Of a DNA stretch of 64,000 nucleotides, positions 1-10,773 are shown in pieces. How positions within the stretch are numbered: the stretch's first letter is position 1; the number at the start of each line of letters is the position of its first letter. The notes below the pieces were generated by a model, which was given only the letters and a program-made list of their open reading frames with translations, searched no databases and was not told the origin of the DNA. Source of the DNA: Bacillota bacterium (lineage in GTDB: Bacteria; Bacillota; Bacilli; Bacillales_A; Planococcaceae). The stretch covers positions 238,715-302,714 of the forward strand of contig JBNJJS010000003.1 in NCBI GenBank assembly GCA_051750505.1, written 5' to 3'. The position numbers and the translations under genes were made by a program.

Positions 1-705
1 GCGCAATTGTGCCAAATCCTGTGGAATCTTCTCATCGATTTCCGTCAGCATCATCGGGATATCATCCACCAGCATGAAGGCTTGTGCACTGTCTGCGGAT
101 AAATTGATGACCGTCTCACGCGCTCTTAAGTAATTGCCTTCATCCGTCAGCTGATCATATTCCTCGAAGCGCTGGACAAATGACTCCAGGCGCTTTTCAA
201 GCGGCCCGGCAGCTGCGCCGTATGAAGATTTATGCGCGAGCAGGTTTTTGCGGGCGCGAACGTATTTGTCCTGGATCAGATCCATTTCGCTGCGGTTCTT
301 CTCTTCACTGCCGATCAACTCGTCCAGTTCCGCGAAAATGACCGCTATTTGCTGGTCGGCATCGTCTATTTTCACTTCGGCTTGTTTTTCGAGCTTGGAA
401 GCTTTCGGGAAATTGAAGCGTTTGATCGATTCTTCTGCGTCATAGAGTGTTGCGTCTATTTTCGGGATGTCGACATCCATGATTTCGGTCCATTTATTGC
501 GCCAGCGCTCGAACATTTCCTCTGTCTGGCCGTTCAAGTTCAATTGTTTCACTTTAGTAAGTTCTTCCATAATTGGTTTCTCTTTTAGTTGCAGTTTCAG
601 TTGTTCCAGACGCTCGATTTCCGCATTGTGTTTTTTTCGAAACACCATGCCGATGATAAGCAGCGCCAATAGAATGATGACCGCAATGATGATATACTCC
701 ATCAT
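1..705 (-). CDS. ezrA: Septation ring formation regulator EzrA, 5' part (runs off the window edge)
   Basis: Manual translation from ATG at 705: MMEYIIIAVIILLALLIIGMVFRKKHNAEIERLEQ..., an N-terminal TM helix followed by coiled-coil, open to position 1. Sits next to hisJ as in Bacillales. Confidence 0.9.
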   Translation of the reverse strand, partial: MMEYIIIAVIILLALLIIGMVFRKKHNAEIERLEQLKLQLKEKPIMEELTKVKQLNLNGQTEEMFERWRNKWTEIMDVDIPKIDATLYDAEESIKRFNFPKASKLEKQAEVKIDDADQQIAVIFAELDELIGSEEKNRSEMDLIQDKYVRARKNLLAHKSSYGAAAGPLEKRLESFVQRFEEYDQLTDEGNYLRARETVINLSADSAQAFMLVDDIPMMLTEIDEKIPQDLAQLR

Positions 706-843
706 AAGTCATTTAGCCCCCTGTTCCAAATACATTACCGGTTACATAAGTATGTTTAATGATTCTTTTATTTTAACATGTATTCTACTCTTTTGTTTGC
801 CAAATTAGAAGAAAACAGGGAATAATTTTATCAAATTGAAAAG

Positions 844-1656
844 ATGGTGAACTTTATGAATAAACGCGACGGCCATATCCATACCCCGTTCTGCCCTCAT
901 GGAACAAGCGATCCGTTCCGTGCTTATATCGAAAAAGCGGAAAAAAATGGATTTACAGACATCAGCTTTACCGAGCATGCGCCTTTGCCTGCCGGCTTTA
1001 CGGATACGACACCCGATCAAGACAGCGGCATGAATATGGATGAGTTGCCCGCCTATTTCAAGGCGCTTGACGAGGCAAAAACGCAAGCTCCGGGCATGCA
1101 AATCCGCAGCGGCCTGGAAGTTGATTATATCCAAGGATTCGAAAAGCAGACAGCGCAACTGCTGGAACAAGTCGGCCCAAAACTGGAAGACGCCATCCTA
1201 TCGGTCCATTTCCTGCGCTATCAGGACCGCTGGATCTGTTCGGATTTCAGCGCGGAAGTGTTTATGGAGCTCGCGAAAGACATGGGTTCGGTACAGGCCG
1301 TCTATGATCTATATTATGATACGGTCGAAGCTTCCATATTGGCGGACCTCGGCCCCCATAAACCGAAGCGCATCGGACACCCGACTTTATGCCATAAATT
1401 CCAGCACGTCCATCAGGAGCGAATCGATGACGATTCACGCATCCGCAAAATCCTCAAGATGATAAAACAACACGGCTACGAACTGGACGTCAATTCCGCA
1501 GGCTTATCAAAACCAGGATGCCTGGAATTCTATCCGCCGGAGCCTTATATCGCCTATGCGCGCGAGCTCGGCATCCCGCTCGTCTTCGGGTCGGATGCCC
1601 ACAGTGCTGAAGGCTTGCACAAATACGCGGAACGCTTTTATACTGAACACTATTAA
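844..1656 (+). CDS. hisJ: Histidinol-phosphatase, PHP family (HisJ/HisK)
   Basis: PHP motifs DGHIHT, FTEH, SVH, GSDAH; synteny with ezrA. Start could be 859. Confidence 0.88.
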   Translation: MVNFMNKRDGHIHTPFCPHGTSDPFRAYIEKAEKNGFTDISFTEHAPLPAGFTDTTPDQDSGMNMDELPAYFKALDEAKTQAPGMQIRSGLEVDYIQGFEKQTAQLLEQVGPKLEDAILSVHFLRYQDRWICSDFSAEVFMELAKDMGSVQAVYDLYYDTVEASILADLGPHKPKRIGHPTLCHKFQHVHQERIDDDSRIRKILKMIKQHGYELDVNSAGLSKPGCLEFYPPEPYIAYARELGIPLVFGSDAHSAEGLHKYAERFYTEHY

Positions 1657-1685
1657 ATAGAAACTTTTAGAAATGAGATGATTCC

Positions 1686-2165
1686 ATGTTTGCTACATCC
1701 ACTTACAGCGGTACACGCGAAGAGCAATACAATCTGCTCAACAAACAACTGGACGCCCTGCTTGCAGGCGAGCCGAACCGCATCGCCAATTTGTCGAACG
1801 CTTCCGCACTTCTTGGCCAATTCCTCGACCGCATCAATTGGGTCGGATTTTATTTGATGGAAGAAGGCGAACTTGTCCTTGGCCCGTTCCAGGGAATGCC
1901 GGCTTGTGTCCGCATCCCGGTCGGAAAAGGGGTATGCGGTACGGCCATCGACAAAAATGAAACGATGCTCATTGATGATGTCCATGCTTTCCCTGGCCAT
2001 ATCGCCTGCGATGCCGCTTCCCGTTCGGAAATCGTGGTCCCACTATTCAAAGACGGTGAAGCTTACGGCGTGCTCGACATCGACAGCCCGGAACTTGCCC
2101 GTTTTACGGAAGAAGACCGCATCGGGCTTGAAAAGTTTGCAGAAACATTATTGAAGCACATCTAA
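1686..2165 (+). CDS. msrC: GAF-domain free methionine-(R)-sulfoxide reductase (YtsP/MsrC)
   Basis: ANLSNASALL, NWVGFY, GPFQGMPACVRIPVGKGVCG, HIACD, LDIDS motifs. Confidence 0.92.
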   Translation: MFATSTYSGTREEQYNLLNKQLDALLAGEPNRIANLSNASALLGQFLDRINWVGFYLMEEGELVLGPFQGMPACVRIPVGKGVCGTAIDKNETMLIDDVHAFPGHIACDAASRSEIVVPLFKDGEAYGVLDIDSPELARFTEEDRIGLEKFAETLLKHI

Positions 2166-2172
2166 ACGCATG

Positions 2173-2208
2173 AAAGATCCCGGCAGATTGTCTGCCGGGA
2201 TCTTTTTT
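2173..2208. terminator. Bidirectional intrinsic terminator between msrC and megL
   Basis: 15-bp perfect stem AAAGATCCCGGCAGA/TCTGCCGGGATCTTT with A and T flanks. Confidence 0.85.
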
Positions 2209-3412
2209 AGATTTCCTGCAAATTTGATTTGATTTGCGCGAAAGCCTGCTCGAGATCGGCCATTAAATCTTCGACGTTCTCAAGCCCGACCGACAAGCGC
2301 ACGAGCGAATCGCTGATACCCATCTTTTCCCGCTCCTCCGGCGGGACGACCGCATGGGTCATGGTCGCCGGATGCTGGATCAATGTTTCCGCATCGCCGA
2401 GACTGACCGCGATCTTGATGAGTGATAAAGCATTCAAAAACTCCTGTGCCTGTTTTTTCCCGCCTTCAAGCTCAAATGAAATCAAGCCGCCCCCACGGCG
2501 CATCTGGTCTTTCGCTATCGACACTTGCGGGTGATTGGCATCAAATGGATACAAAATCCCCTTGACCAGTTGTTCTCCCTGCAAGAAAGCCACAATTTTC
2601 TCGGCATTATCGATATGGCGGTCCATGCGCACATGCAAGGTCTTCAAACCGCGAATCAGCAGCCAGGCATCGAAAGGCGACATGATGCCCCCAAAATCCT
2701 TTTGGACAGTCATGCGGATCGACTGCATTTCTTCCTCATCCGCTCCGACGAGCACACCGCCGATGACATCGCCGTGGCCGTTCAAATATTTGGTGGCGCT
2801 ATGCAACACAAAATCAGCTCCGAACTCGAGCGGGTTCTGCAAATACGGTGAGCTGAATGTATTATCGACGACAACCCGTAAGCCGTGTTTTCTGGCGGCT
2901 GCTTCGACAGCGCGCAGATTGACGAGTTCCATTGTCGGGTTGATCGGCGTTTCGACGTAGATGATTTTCGTCTCCGGCCGGATCGCCTGTTCAATCTGCT
3001 GTTCCGTCGTCATCGCAACCAGTGAATGCGTAATGCCATACTTTTCTTCCATGATTTCCAATAAACCGAATGTACAGCCATAGATTCCACGTGAACATAG
3101 CACGTGATCGCCTGCCTTTGTTAAATGGACTAGGATTGCACTGACTGCAGCCATCCCCGACCCAAATGCCAACGCGCCTCCCCCGCCTTCCAATTCTGCC
3201 ATCCGTTCCTCCAGAACCCGCACAGTCGGATTGCCGAGCCGGGAGTAGATATTCCCCGGCTCATCTCCTGCAAAACGGGCTTCCCCTTCCTGTGCACTTG
3301 CAAAAGAATATGTGGACGTCTGGTATAACGGCGTTGCCAGGCTGTCATGATGGACGGAACTATCATAGCCTTTGTGGATCACTGCCGTTTCAAATTTCAT
3401 CTTTGATTTCAT
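2207..3412 (-). CDS. megL: Methionine gamma-lyase (Cys/Met metabolism PLP enzyme)
   Basis: YSRLGNPT, VDNTF, HSATKYLNGHGDV (PLP Lys), SLGD, RLSVGLE. RBS AAGGGGTG lies 8 nt before ATG 3412. Confidence 0.8.
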   Translation of the reverse strand: MKSKMKFETAVIHKGYDSSVHHDSLATPLYQTSTYSFASAQEGEARFAGDEPGNIYSRLGNPTVRVLEERMAELEGGGGALAFGSGMAAVSAILVHLTKAGDHVLCSRGIYGCTFGLLEIMEEKYGITHSLVAMTTEQQIEQAIRPETKIIYVETPINPTMELVNLRAVEAAARKHGLRVVVDNTFSSPYLQNPLEFGADFVLHSATKYLNGHGDVIGGVLVGADEEEMQSIRMTVQKDFGGIMSPFDAWLLIRGLKTLHVRMDRHIDNAEKIVAFLQGEQLVKGILYPFDANHPQVSIAKDQMRRGGGLISFELEGGKKQAQEFLNALSLIKIAVSLGDAETLIQHPATMTHAVVPPEEREKMGISDSLVRLSVGLENVEDLMADLEQAFAQIKSNLQEI

Positions 3413-3437
3413 TTTCAATACACCCCTTAACAAAAAT

Positions 3438-3451
3438 AGAAAGCGCTTACA
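3438..3451 (-). promoter_or_regulatory. cre (CcpA) site upstream of megL
   Basis: Minus strand reads TGTAAGCGCTTTCT, one mismatch from TGWAANCGNTNWCA, about 25 nt upstream of the start. Confidence 0.75.
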
Positions 3452-3526
3452 TATCCCGCTTTCTTCATTTTACCCCGTACATACAAAAAAAGAAAGCACG
3501 CTTACTGTGCTTTTCCCCTTTTATAA

Positions 3527-3556
3527 TTGACTGCTATAGCCGATATCAGTTATACT
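3527..3556 (+). promoter_or_regulatory. SigA-type promoter of rpsD
   Basis: TTGACT-N18-TATACT. Confidence 0.7.
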
Positions 3557-3561
3557 AGCTT

Positions 3562-3773
3562 TTGTGTAAAATAATCGCAGCAGTTGTATGTGCGGGTTTG
3601 TCCATTTTGTTCCTTGTTTAGAAAAGCAGTTCAGGCTGCTTCCGTCCGAACAGAGGTGTATCGCGTAACTCTTGGCTGCTGAGCGAAGGTACATGAAAAC
3701 AAAATGGCTTGCAGCATGAATACATCTGGTTTTTATTTTACTCTAAAAACCAAATCAGAGGAGGAGACTCATT
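3562..3773 (+). promoter_or_regulatory. Long rpsD 5' leader, probable S4 autoregulatory RNA
   Basis: About 200-nt untranslated leader upstream of rpsD; S4 autogenous control through the leader is known in B. subtilis; structure not computed. Confidence 0.6.
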
Positions 3774-4376
3774 ATGTCTCGTTATACAGGTCCAGCATGG
3801 AAACTGTCACGTCGCCTAGGAATTTCTTTGAGCGGCACAGGTAAAGAACTCGAAAAACGCCCTTACGCACCAGGTCAACACGGTGCTAACCAACGCAGAA
3901 AAGTATCTGAATTCGGTCTGCAATTGCAAGAAAAACAAAAACTTCGTTTCATGTACGGAGTAAACGAACGCCAATTTAAAACTATGTTCAACAAAGCAGG
4001 TAAAATGGAAGGCAAACACGGTGAGAACTTCATGATCTTGCTTGAAACTCGCCTTGATAACGTTGTTTACCGCCTCGGCCTTGCGCGCACTCGCCGCCAA
4101 GCTCGCCAATTGGTAAACCACGGCCACATCCTTGTTGATGGCAAACGCGTAGACATCCCGTCTTACGGCGTAAAACCAGGACAAACAATCGCTTTCCGCG
4201 AAAAGTCCAACAACCTTGACGTTGTCAACGAAGCGATCGAAGTGAACAGCTTCGTTCCAGAATACGTTTCAATCGATGCTGACAAAAAAGAAGGCACATT
4301 CGTCCGTCTCCCAGAGCGCAGCGAATTGTCTGCTGAAATCAACGAACAATTGATCGTTGAGTTCTACTCACGTTAA
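3774..4376 (+). CDS. rpsD: 30S ribosomal protein S4
   Basis: [16 protein letters not shown]..., [30 protein letters not shown]. Confidence 0.99.
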   Translation: MSRYTGPAWKLSRRLGISLSGTGKELEKRPYAPGQHGANQRRKVSEFGLQLQEKQKLRFMYGVNERQFKTMFNKAGKMEGKHGENFMILLETRLDNVVYRLGLARTRRQARQLVNHGHILVDGKRVDIPSYGVKPGQTIAFREKSNNLDVVNEAIEVNSFVPEYVSIDADKKEGTFVRLPERSELSAEINEQLIVEFYSR

Positions 4377-4386
4377 TCGATTGACG

Positions 4387-4418
4387 AAAACCCTCCAGGT
4401 TTGCCTGGAGGGTTTTTT
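4387..4418 (+). terminator. rpsD intrinsic terminator
   Basis: AAAACCCTCCAGG/CCTGGAGGGTTTT plus T-run. Confidence 0.85.
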
Positions 4419-4539
4419 CTATGGCGTTTATTTCGCGAGTATCTTTTCAGCCTTTAGCTTGAAAGATGCCAGGTTCCCCTGGTTTCGTCGATTCCTTTCT
4501 CGAGCTGTGCTAAACTGAATCCATAAAGGAGGCGTCTTT

Positions 4540-5352
4540 ATGCGAATCGTATCCATTTGCCCAAGCAATACCGAATTGCTCGCTTTTTTGAATGCCGATC
4601 ATTTGCTGGTCGGCGTCGATGATTATTCCGACTGGCCGAAGAGCATCGAACAGCTTCCGCGTCTCGGACCGGACCTGTCCATACGCATGGATGAAGTCGA
4701 AGCCCTCGCACCGGACCTTGTACTGGCATCGCTCAGCGTGCCCGGCATGGAGAAAAATATCGAAGAGCTCAAAAAACGCAAGATCCCGCACCTCATCCTA
4801 GACCCGCAATCGCTTGCGGATATCCGCAGCGATCTGGAGACGGTGGCTGAAGCGATCCATTTTGAAAGCTCACCGGTTCTCGCGGAATATGACTCTGCCA
4901 TTGCCGAATTGAAAAAACGCGGCGACAGCGCCACTTCCTCCCCGTCCCTGTACTGGGAATGGTGGCCAAAACCCGTGTTCACCCCAGGAGGCGTCAACTG
5001 GCTCAGCGAAATCAGCCGGCTGGTGGGCGCCCGCAATTGTTTCGAAGATGAGGAAACTGCGAACATCCAAACAGACTGGGAAGCCGTGAGAGAACGCGAG
5101 CCAGATTTCATCCTTCTTGCTTGGGTCGGCATTATGACCTCGAAAGTCAAACCGGAACTTGTCTTGAAACGCCCGGACTGGCAATCGATGAAAGCGATCG
5201 AACAGATCCATGTCATGGAAGAGGCTTTGTTTTGCCGCCCGTCCCCTAGGCTGATCGAAGGAGCCATCAAGCTTGGCAAACTGGTCCATCCACAAGCATT
5301 CCAGGATTTCCCGCTCCCTTCTTTCATTAAAGAAAAACAATCGCATGTATAA
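4540..5352 (+). CDS. BtuF-like helical-backbone metal/cobalamin-binding protein, no signal peptide
   Basis: RIVSICPSNTE, VGVDDYSDWP, EAL.PDLV, CRPSPRL match class III binding proteins. GGAGG RBS precedes the ATG; in-frame TGA at 4516-4518 excludes an N-terminal extension. Confidence 0.8.
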   Translation: MRIVSICPSNTELLAFLNADHLLVGVDDYSDWPKSIEQLPRLGPDLSIRMDEVEALAPDLVLASLSVPGMEKNIEELKKRKIPHLILDPQSLADIRSDLETVAEAIHFESSPVLAEYDSAIAELKKRGDSATSSPSLYWEWWPKPVFTPGGVNWLSEISRLVGARNCFEDEETANIQTDWEAVREREPDFILLAWVGIMTSKVKPELVLKRPDWQSMKAIEQIHVMEEALFCRPSPRLIEGAIKLGKLVHPQAFQDFPLPSFIKEKQSHV

Positions 5353-5359
5353 ATCCAAG

Positions 5360-5409
5360 ACCTTAAAAACCCCCGCGGCGCATAACAGCGCCGCGGGGGT
5401 TTTTAAGGT
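5360..5409. terminator. 22-bp perfect inverted repeat, bidirectional terminator
   Basis: ACCTTAAAAACCCCCGCGGCGC-N6-GCGCCGCGGGGGTTTTTAAGGT between convergent genes. Confidence 0.8.
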
Positions 5410-5419
5410 TTTGCAGAAA

Positions 5420-5968
5420 TTACAGCCGGTCGCGCCCCGGCCCAGCATCTCCACGAATGGTCGTTGTTCGCTCTGTGCCGATCAATGGGTCATCAGTATC
5501 TCTAAACGTATCCACATCATTGCGGTCCGGCTGCTTCGTTCCATCCTCTTCCACCAAGACGAGTATCCGCCCTTCCTTGAACTGGGCTTCATAAGTTTCC
5601 GCTTCGTCTTCCGGCACGCCGAGGCCGATCAAAGCACCGGCTATCCCGCCGACGCCCGCTCCGGCTGCTGCGCCTGTCAGGCCTGCTGCAATCGGCCCGG
5701 CCGCGACGATCGGACCGATGCCCGGAATCGCGAGCGCCCCAAGCCCAGCCAATACGCCGCCGAGGCCGCCTAGCGCACCGCCCGTAGCAGCCCCGGCCGC
5801 AGCTCCTTCACCAGCCTGTGTACCGGTTTCTTCCGTTACGCGCTCTACATCTCCCTTGTCCTTACTGAGAACTGAAATGTCTTCATCCCGGTAGCCTTGC
5901 CGCTGAAGATCCTCTATAACTTCCACTGCTTCCATTTCCGTACCGTACGATCCGACAACTCGTGACAT
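5420..5968 (-). CDS. General stress protein (17M/YflT-like domain plus Gly/Ala-rich membrane segment)
   Basis: GxYxTExEAxxxIxxLxxxGY...ISV pattern and GAATGGALGGLGG...GIGPIVAAGP...ALIGLGVPE segment; SigB-like promoter upstream. Confidence 0.75.
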   Translation of the reverse strand: MSRVVGSYGTEMEAVEVIEDLQRQGYRDEDISVLSKDKGDVERVTEETGTQAGEGAAAGAATGGALGGLGGVLAGLGALAIPGIGPIVAAGPIAAGLTGAAAGAGVGGIAGALIGLGVPEDEAETYEAQFKEGRILVLVEEDGTKQPDRNDVDTFRDTDDPLIGTERTTTIRGDAGPGRDRL

Positions 5969-6024
5969 GTCCTTCGTCCTCCCTTTAATGGTTTGGAATC
6001 CTGTTCATGTATCTAGTGAATGTG

Positions 6025-6049
6025 TTTCCCCGTCACAAGGACGTTAAAC
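6025..6049 (-). promoter_or_regulatory. SigB-type promoter
   Basis: Minus strand GTTTAA-N13-GGGAAA, matching GTTTAA-N12-14-GGGWAW. Confidence 0.8.
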
Positions 6050-6098
6050 ATTCACCCGATCGCAAAACGCCGCCTGCATATGCAAGCGGCGTAAGTGT

Positions 6099-7625
<1,527 letters not shown>

Positions 7626-7728
7626 GATTCTATTATGTAGTGTACTTGAATCCTAAAGATTGTCAATATCTTTCGTTTCAATTATCGGATTATGCTATAA
7701 TGAAAAGGATTTTTAGGAGGGGGATAAT

Positions 7729-10700
7729 GTGCAAGATAAATTTAGAAGATGGTTATTGAAGGCAGAGGAAACAACCGATAGATGGACTTCCCATAAATGG
7801 TTCAAGCGGTTTAAGATCACCACGGGGGTCATTTGGAATTTGGCAATCATTCTAGCTGTTATATTGCTGGCAGGCGGCGTGTTTGCCGCTTCGGCAGGAG
7901 CAGGCTATTTCGCTTCACTGGTGGACGAGGAACAGCTCCGGACTGAAGAGGAAATGTTGTCGGACATCTATAGTTATGAAGAAACCTCACAATTGTATTT
8001 TGCCGATAATACGTACCTCGGCAAATTACAGACCGACCTTGACCGCGAAGAAACGACATTGGAAGATGTCTCGGATGTTGCCATCGACGCAGTGCTGGCG
8101 ACGGAAGACGAATATTTCTACGAACATGAAGGAATCGTCCCGAAAGCGATCATGCGCGGCTTGTTCCAAGATGTTTCCAATTCGGATAATCAAACCGGCG
8201 GATCGACTTTGACACAGCAATTGATCAAAAATCAGATTTTGACGAACGAAGTGTCCTATGAACGAAAAGCGAAAGAAATCCTATTGGCCATGCGTCTTGA
8301 GAAATTCATGAACAAAGAAGATATTATGGAAGCTTATTTGAATATCATCCCCTATGGCAGAAACTCAGCAGGCATGAACATCGCAGGCATCGAAACAGCT
8401 GCCAAAGGAATCTTCGATGTCCCTGCAAGTGATTTGAATTTGCCGCAAGCGGCATTCATCGCCGGCATACCAAAAGCGCCTTACAGCTATACGCCATATG
8501 CATCAGGAGGCAAGTTGAAAGACGAAGCCGGCCTCGAACCGGGCCTTAACCGCATGAGAACGGTGCTGTATCGCATGCTTGAAACGGGCTATATTACCGA
8601 AACTGAGTATGATGAAGCTTTGGATTACGATATTGTCGCTGATTTCAGAACTGGCGAAACCCGTTCTTATGATGATTATCCATTCGTCACAGCAGAGCTG
8701 GAAAAACGCGCCACCCGCATCATCATGGACGTCTTGGCAGAGCAAAACGGAATAGACCCCGAAACTCTTGACCAAGACCAAAACCTGTACGAAGAATATG
8801 CGATACTCGCTGACCGCGCTGTGCGGTCGAATGGCTACCGCATCCATTCAAGTATCAATAAAGACTTATATATCGCGCAAGAAGACACACAAAAAGCTTA
8901 CCAAGGCTACGGTACGACTTTGTCTGAGGATTACATCGACGAAGACGGCGAAGAGAAGACCCGCCAATTGCCTGTCCAAGTCGGAAGTGTAACCCTGGAA
9001 AATGAAACTGGCCGAATTTTGAGTTTCATCGGGGGACGCGACCATGAAATCGAAAACTTGAACCACGCTACACAAGCTTATCGTTCCATCGGCTCGACCG
9101 TTAAGCCTTTACTCGTTTATGGACCTGCACTTGAAGCAGGCGCAATCGGCGCCGGCAGCCCGGTGGTAGATGTGAAGTTCTCAATGGATGATAATGGTTC
9201 GTCCTATGAGCCGACAAACTTCATCCCGACGAGCGAACAAGGGATCATGCCGGCTAGAGATGCATTGGCACAATCCCAGAACCTTCCCGCCCTACGATTA
9301 TTCGCACAGCTCCGCGATGACATGCCGGTTCAATATTTAATGGATAATGGCTTCTCTCGCGTGACTGAAAATGATGGTGTCGTCTCCTCTGCATTAGGCG
9401 GCGGCATCGAAGGTTCGGTGGAAGAAGTCGCCAACGGATATGCCACATTGGCAAATGGAGGCAAACATGTCGAAGCAACTATGATCGATAAAATCGAAGA
9501 CGCTGACGGCAATGTCATTTATGAGCAAGAAGTAGAATCGACAGATGTCTTTACGCCTCAAGCATCGTACGTATTGACAGATATGCTTCGTGATGTTTTC
9601 AAAACGGATCGCGGAACGGCCAACCGTGCAAACGGCATGTTGAAATTCAATGCTGATTTCGCCGGGAAAACCGGAACGACCCAGGAGACTCGTGATGTTT
9701 GGCTAGTAGGCTATAACCCGAATATTACAATGGGTGTCTGGCTCGGCTACGACAAAGAACGTTACTCACTCGATAATTTCAGAAACCAGAATCTACAGCC
9801 CTCTACACGCGTCAACCAACTATGGGCGAACTTGATGAATACAACTTACGATGTTGCACCTGATGCAATCGGAACGGGCGATAAATTCAAAGAGCCGGAA
9901 GGCGTGGTCAATCGATCATTCTGTGGCATTTCAGGATTCGCACCAAGCGATGAATGTAAACGTGCTGGGCTTGTCCGCTCTGATTTGTTCATCGCTGACG
10001 TCATGACGCCAAAAGACGGCGACGACAGTTTGAGCAGTGGATCGTATACGACCATCAACGGCAAACGATACGCCGCTCTTTCAAGCACGCCGAGTGAATT
10101 TGTTTCAGGCGGCGGCCTTGGCGTATCAGAAGAATATGTCGATCGCATGCTTGCACCGTTCGGCGGTGACGCAGGCAAATTGTTCCCAGGTAATTCCAGA
10201 TTCAGCAATGTTGTATCAAGTGCCCAATTCGACGCAGATAGCGCAGCACCTGCACCGGTCGGCACATCGATCAATGGACGTACAATCACTTGGAGCGATT
10301 CCGCTTCGAATGATGTCGTCGGCTACCGCGTATTCCGCGGCGGCAGCAGAGTCGCTTCCGTTTCAGAATCGAACAGCAACTCCTATAGCGCGCCAGGTCC
10401 TGGAACATATTCAGTCGTCGCTGTAGACATTACAGGCAGACAATCTGCCGCTTCCAACAGCGTGACGATTGAAGCACCTGAACCAGCCCCTGCTCCGGAA
10501 CCGGAGGAAAGAGAAGCTACACCGGCGCCATCACCAGAGCGGGAGAGACAGGAACCGGAGGAAGAGCCTGAAGAACCGGCAGAGGAACCGGAAGAAGAAA
10601 CACCAGCTCCGGAAGAACCAGAAGAAGAGCCTGAAGAAGAACCGGAAGAGGAAGAAGAAACACCTGAGGAACCTGAAGAACCCGAGGAACCTGAAGAATC

Positions 10701-10734
10701 AGATGAGCCGGAAACTGAAGAAGACGCAGCATAA
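7729..10734 (+). CDS. Class A penicillin-binding protein (GT51 + transpeptidase + FN3-like domain + acidic tail)
   Basis: EDEYFYEHEG, GGSTLTQQL, RKAKE, YLN; transpeptidase STVK, SQN, KTG; N-terminal TM; Glu/Pro tail. Confidence 0.93.
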   Translation: MQDKFRRWLLKAEETTDRWTSHKWFKRFKITTGVIWNLAIILAVILLAGGVFAASAGAGYFASLVDEEQLRTEEEMLSDIYSYEETSQLYFADNTYLGKLQTDLDREETTLEDVSDVAIDAVLATEDEYFYEHEGIVPKAIMRGLFQDVSNSDNQTGGSTLTQQLIKNQILTNEVSYERKAKEILLAMRLEKFMNKEDIMEAYLNIIPYGRNSAGMNIAGIETAAKGIFDVPASDLNLPQAAFIAGIPKAPYSYTPYASGGKLKDEAGLEPGLNRMRTVLYRMLETGYITETEYDEALDYDIVADFRTGETRSYDDYPFVTAELEKRATRIIMDVLAEQNGIDPETLDQDQNLYEEYAILADRAVRSNGYRIHSSINKDLYIAQEDTQKAYQGYGTTLSEDYIDEDGEEKTRQLPVQVGSVTLENETGRILSFIGGRDHEIENLNHATQAYRSIGSTVKPLLVYGPALEAGAIGAGSPVVDVKFSMDDNGSSYEPTNFIPTSEQGIMPARDALAQSQNLPALRLFAQLRDDMPVQYLMDNGFSRVTENDGVVSSALGGGIEGSVEEVANGYATLANGGKHVEATMIDKIEDADGNVIYEQEVESTDVFTPQASYVLTDMLRDVFKTDRGTANRANGMLKFNADFAGKTGTTQETRDVWLVGYNPNITMGVWLGYDKERYSLDNFRNQNLQPSTRVNQLWANLMNTTYDVAPDAIGTGDKFKEPEGVVNRSFCGISGFAPSDECKRAGLVRSDLFIADVMTPKDGDDSLSSGSYTTINGKRYAALSSTPSEFVSGGGLGVSEEYVDRMLAPFGGDAGKLFPGNSRFSNVVSSAQFDADSAAPAPVGTSINGRTITWSDSASNDVVGYRVFRGGSRVASVSESNSNSYSAPGPGTYSVVAVDITGRQSAASNSVTIEAPEPAPAPEPEEREATPAPSPERERQEPEEEPEEPAEEPEEETPAPEEPEEEPEEEPEEEEETPEEPEEPEEPEESDEPETEEDAA
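10549..10731 (+). repeat. Glu/Pro low-complexity coding repeat (EEP-type) in the PBP tail
   Basis: Recurrent GAAGAACC/GAGGAACC/GAAGAGCC units encoding EPEEEPEEPAEEPEEE... Confidence 0.9.
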
Positions 10735-10736
10735 CG

Positions 10737-10771
10737 AAAGCCCCCCTGCATTTAGCAGAGGGGCTTTTTTC
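10737..10771. terminator. Bidirectional terminator between PBP gene and acsA
   Basis: AAAGCCCCcCTGC/GCAGaGGGGCTTT plus T-run. Confidence 0.8.
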
Positions 10772-10773
10772 TG

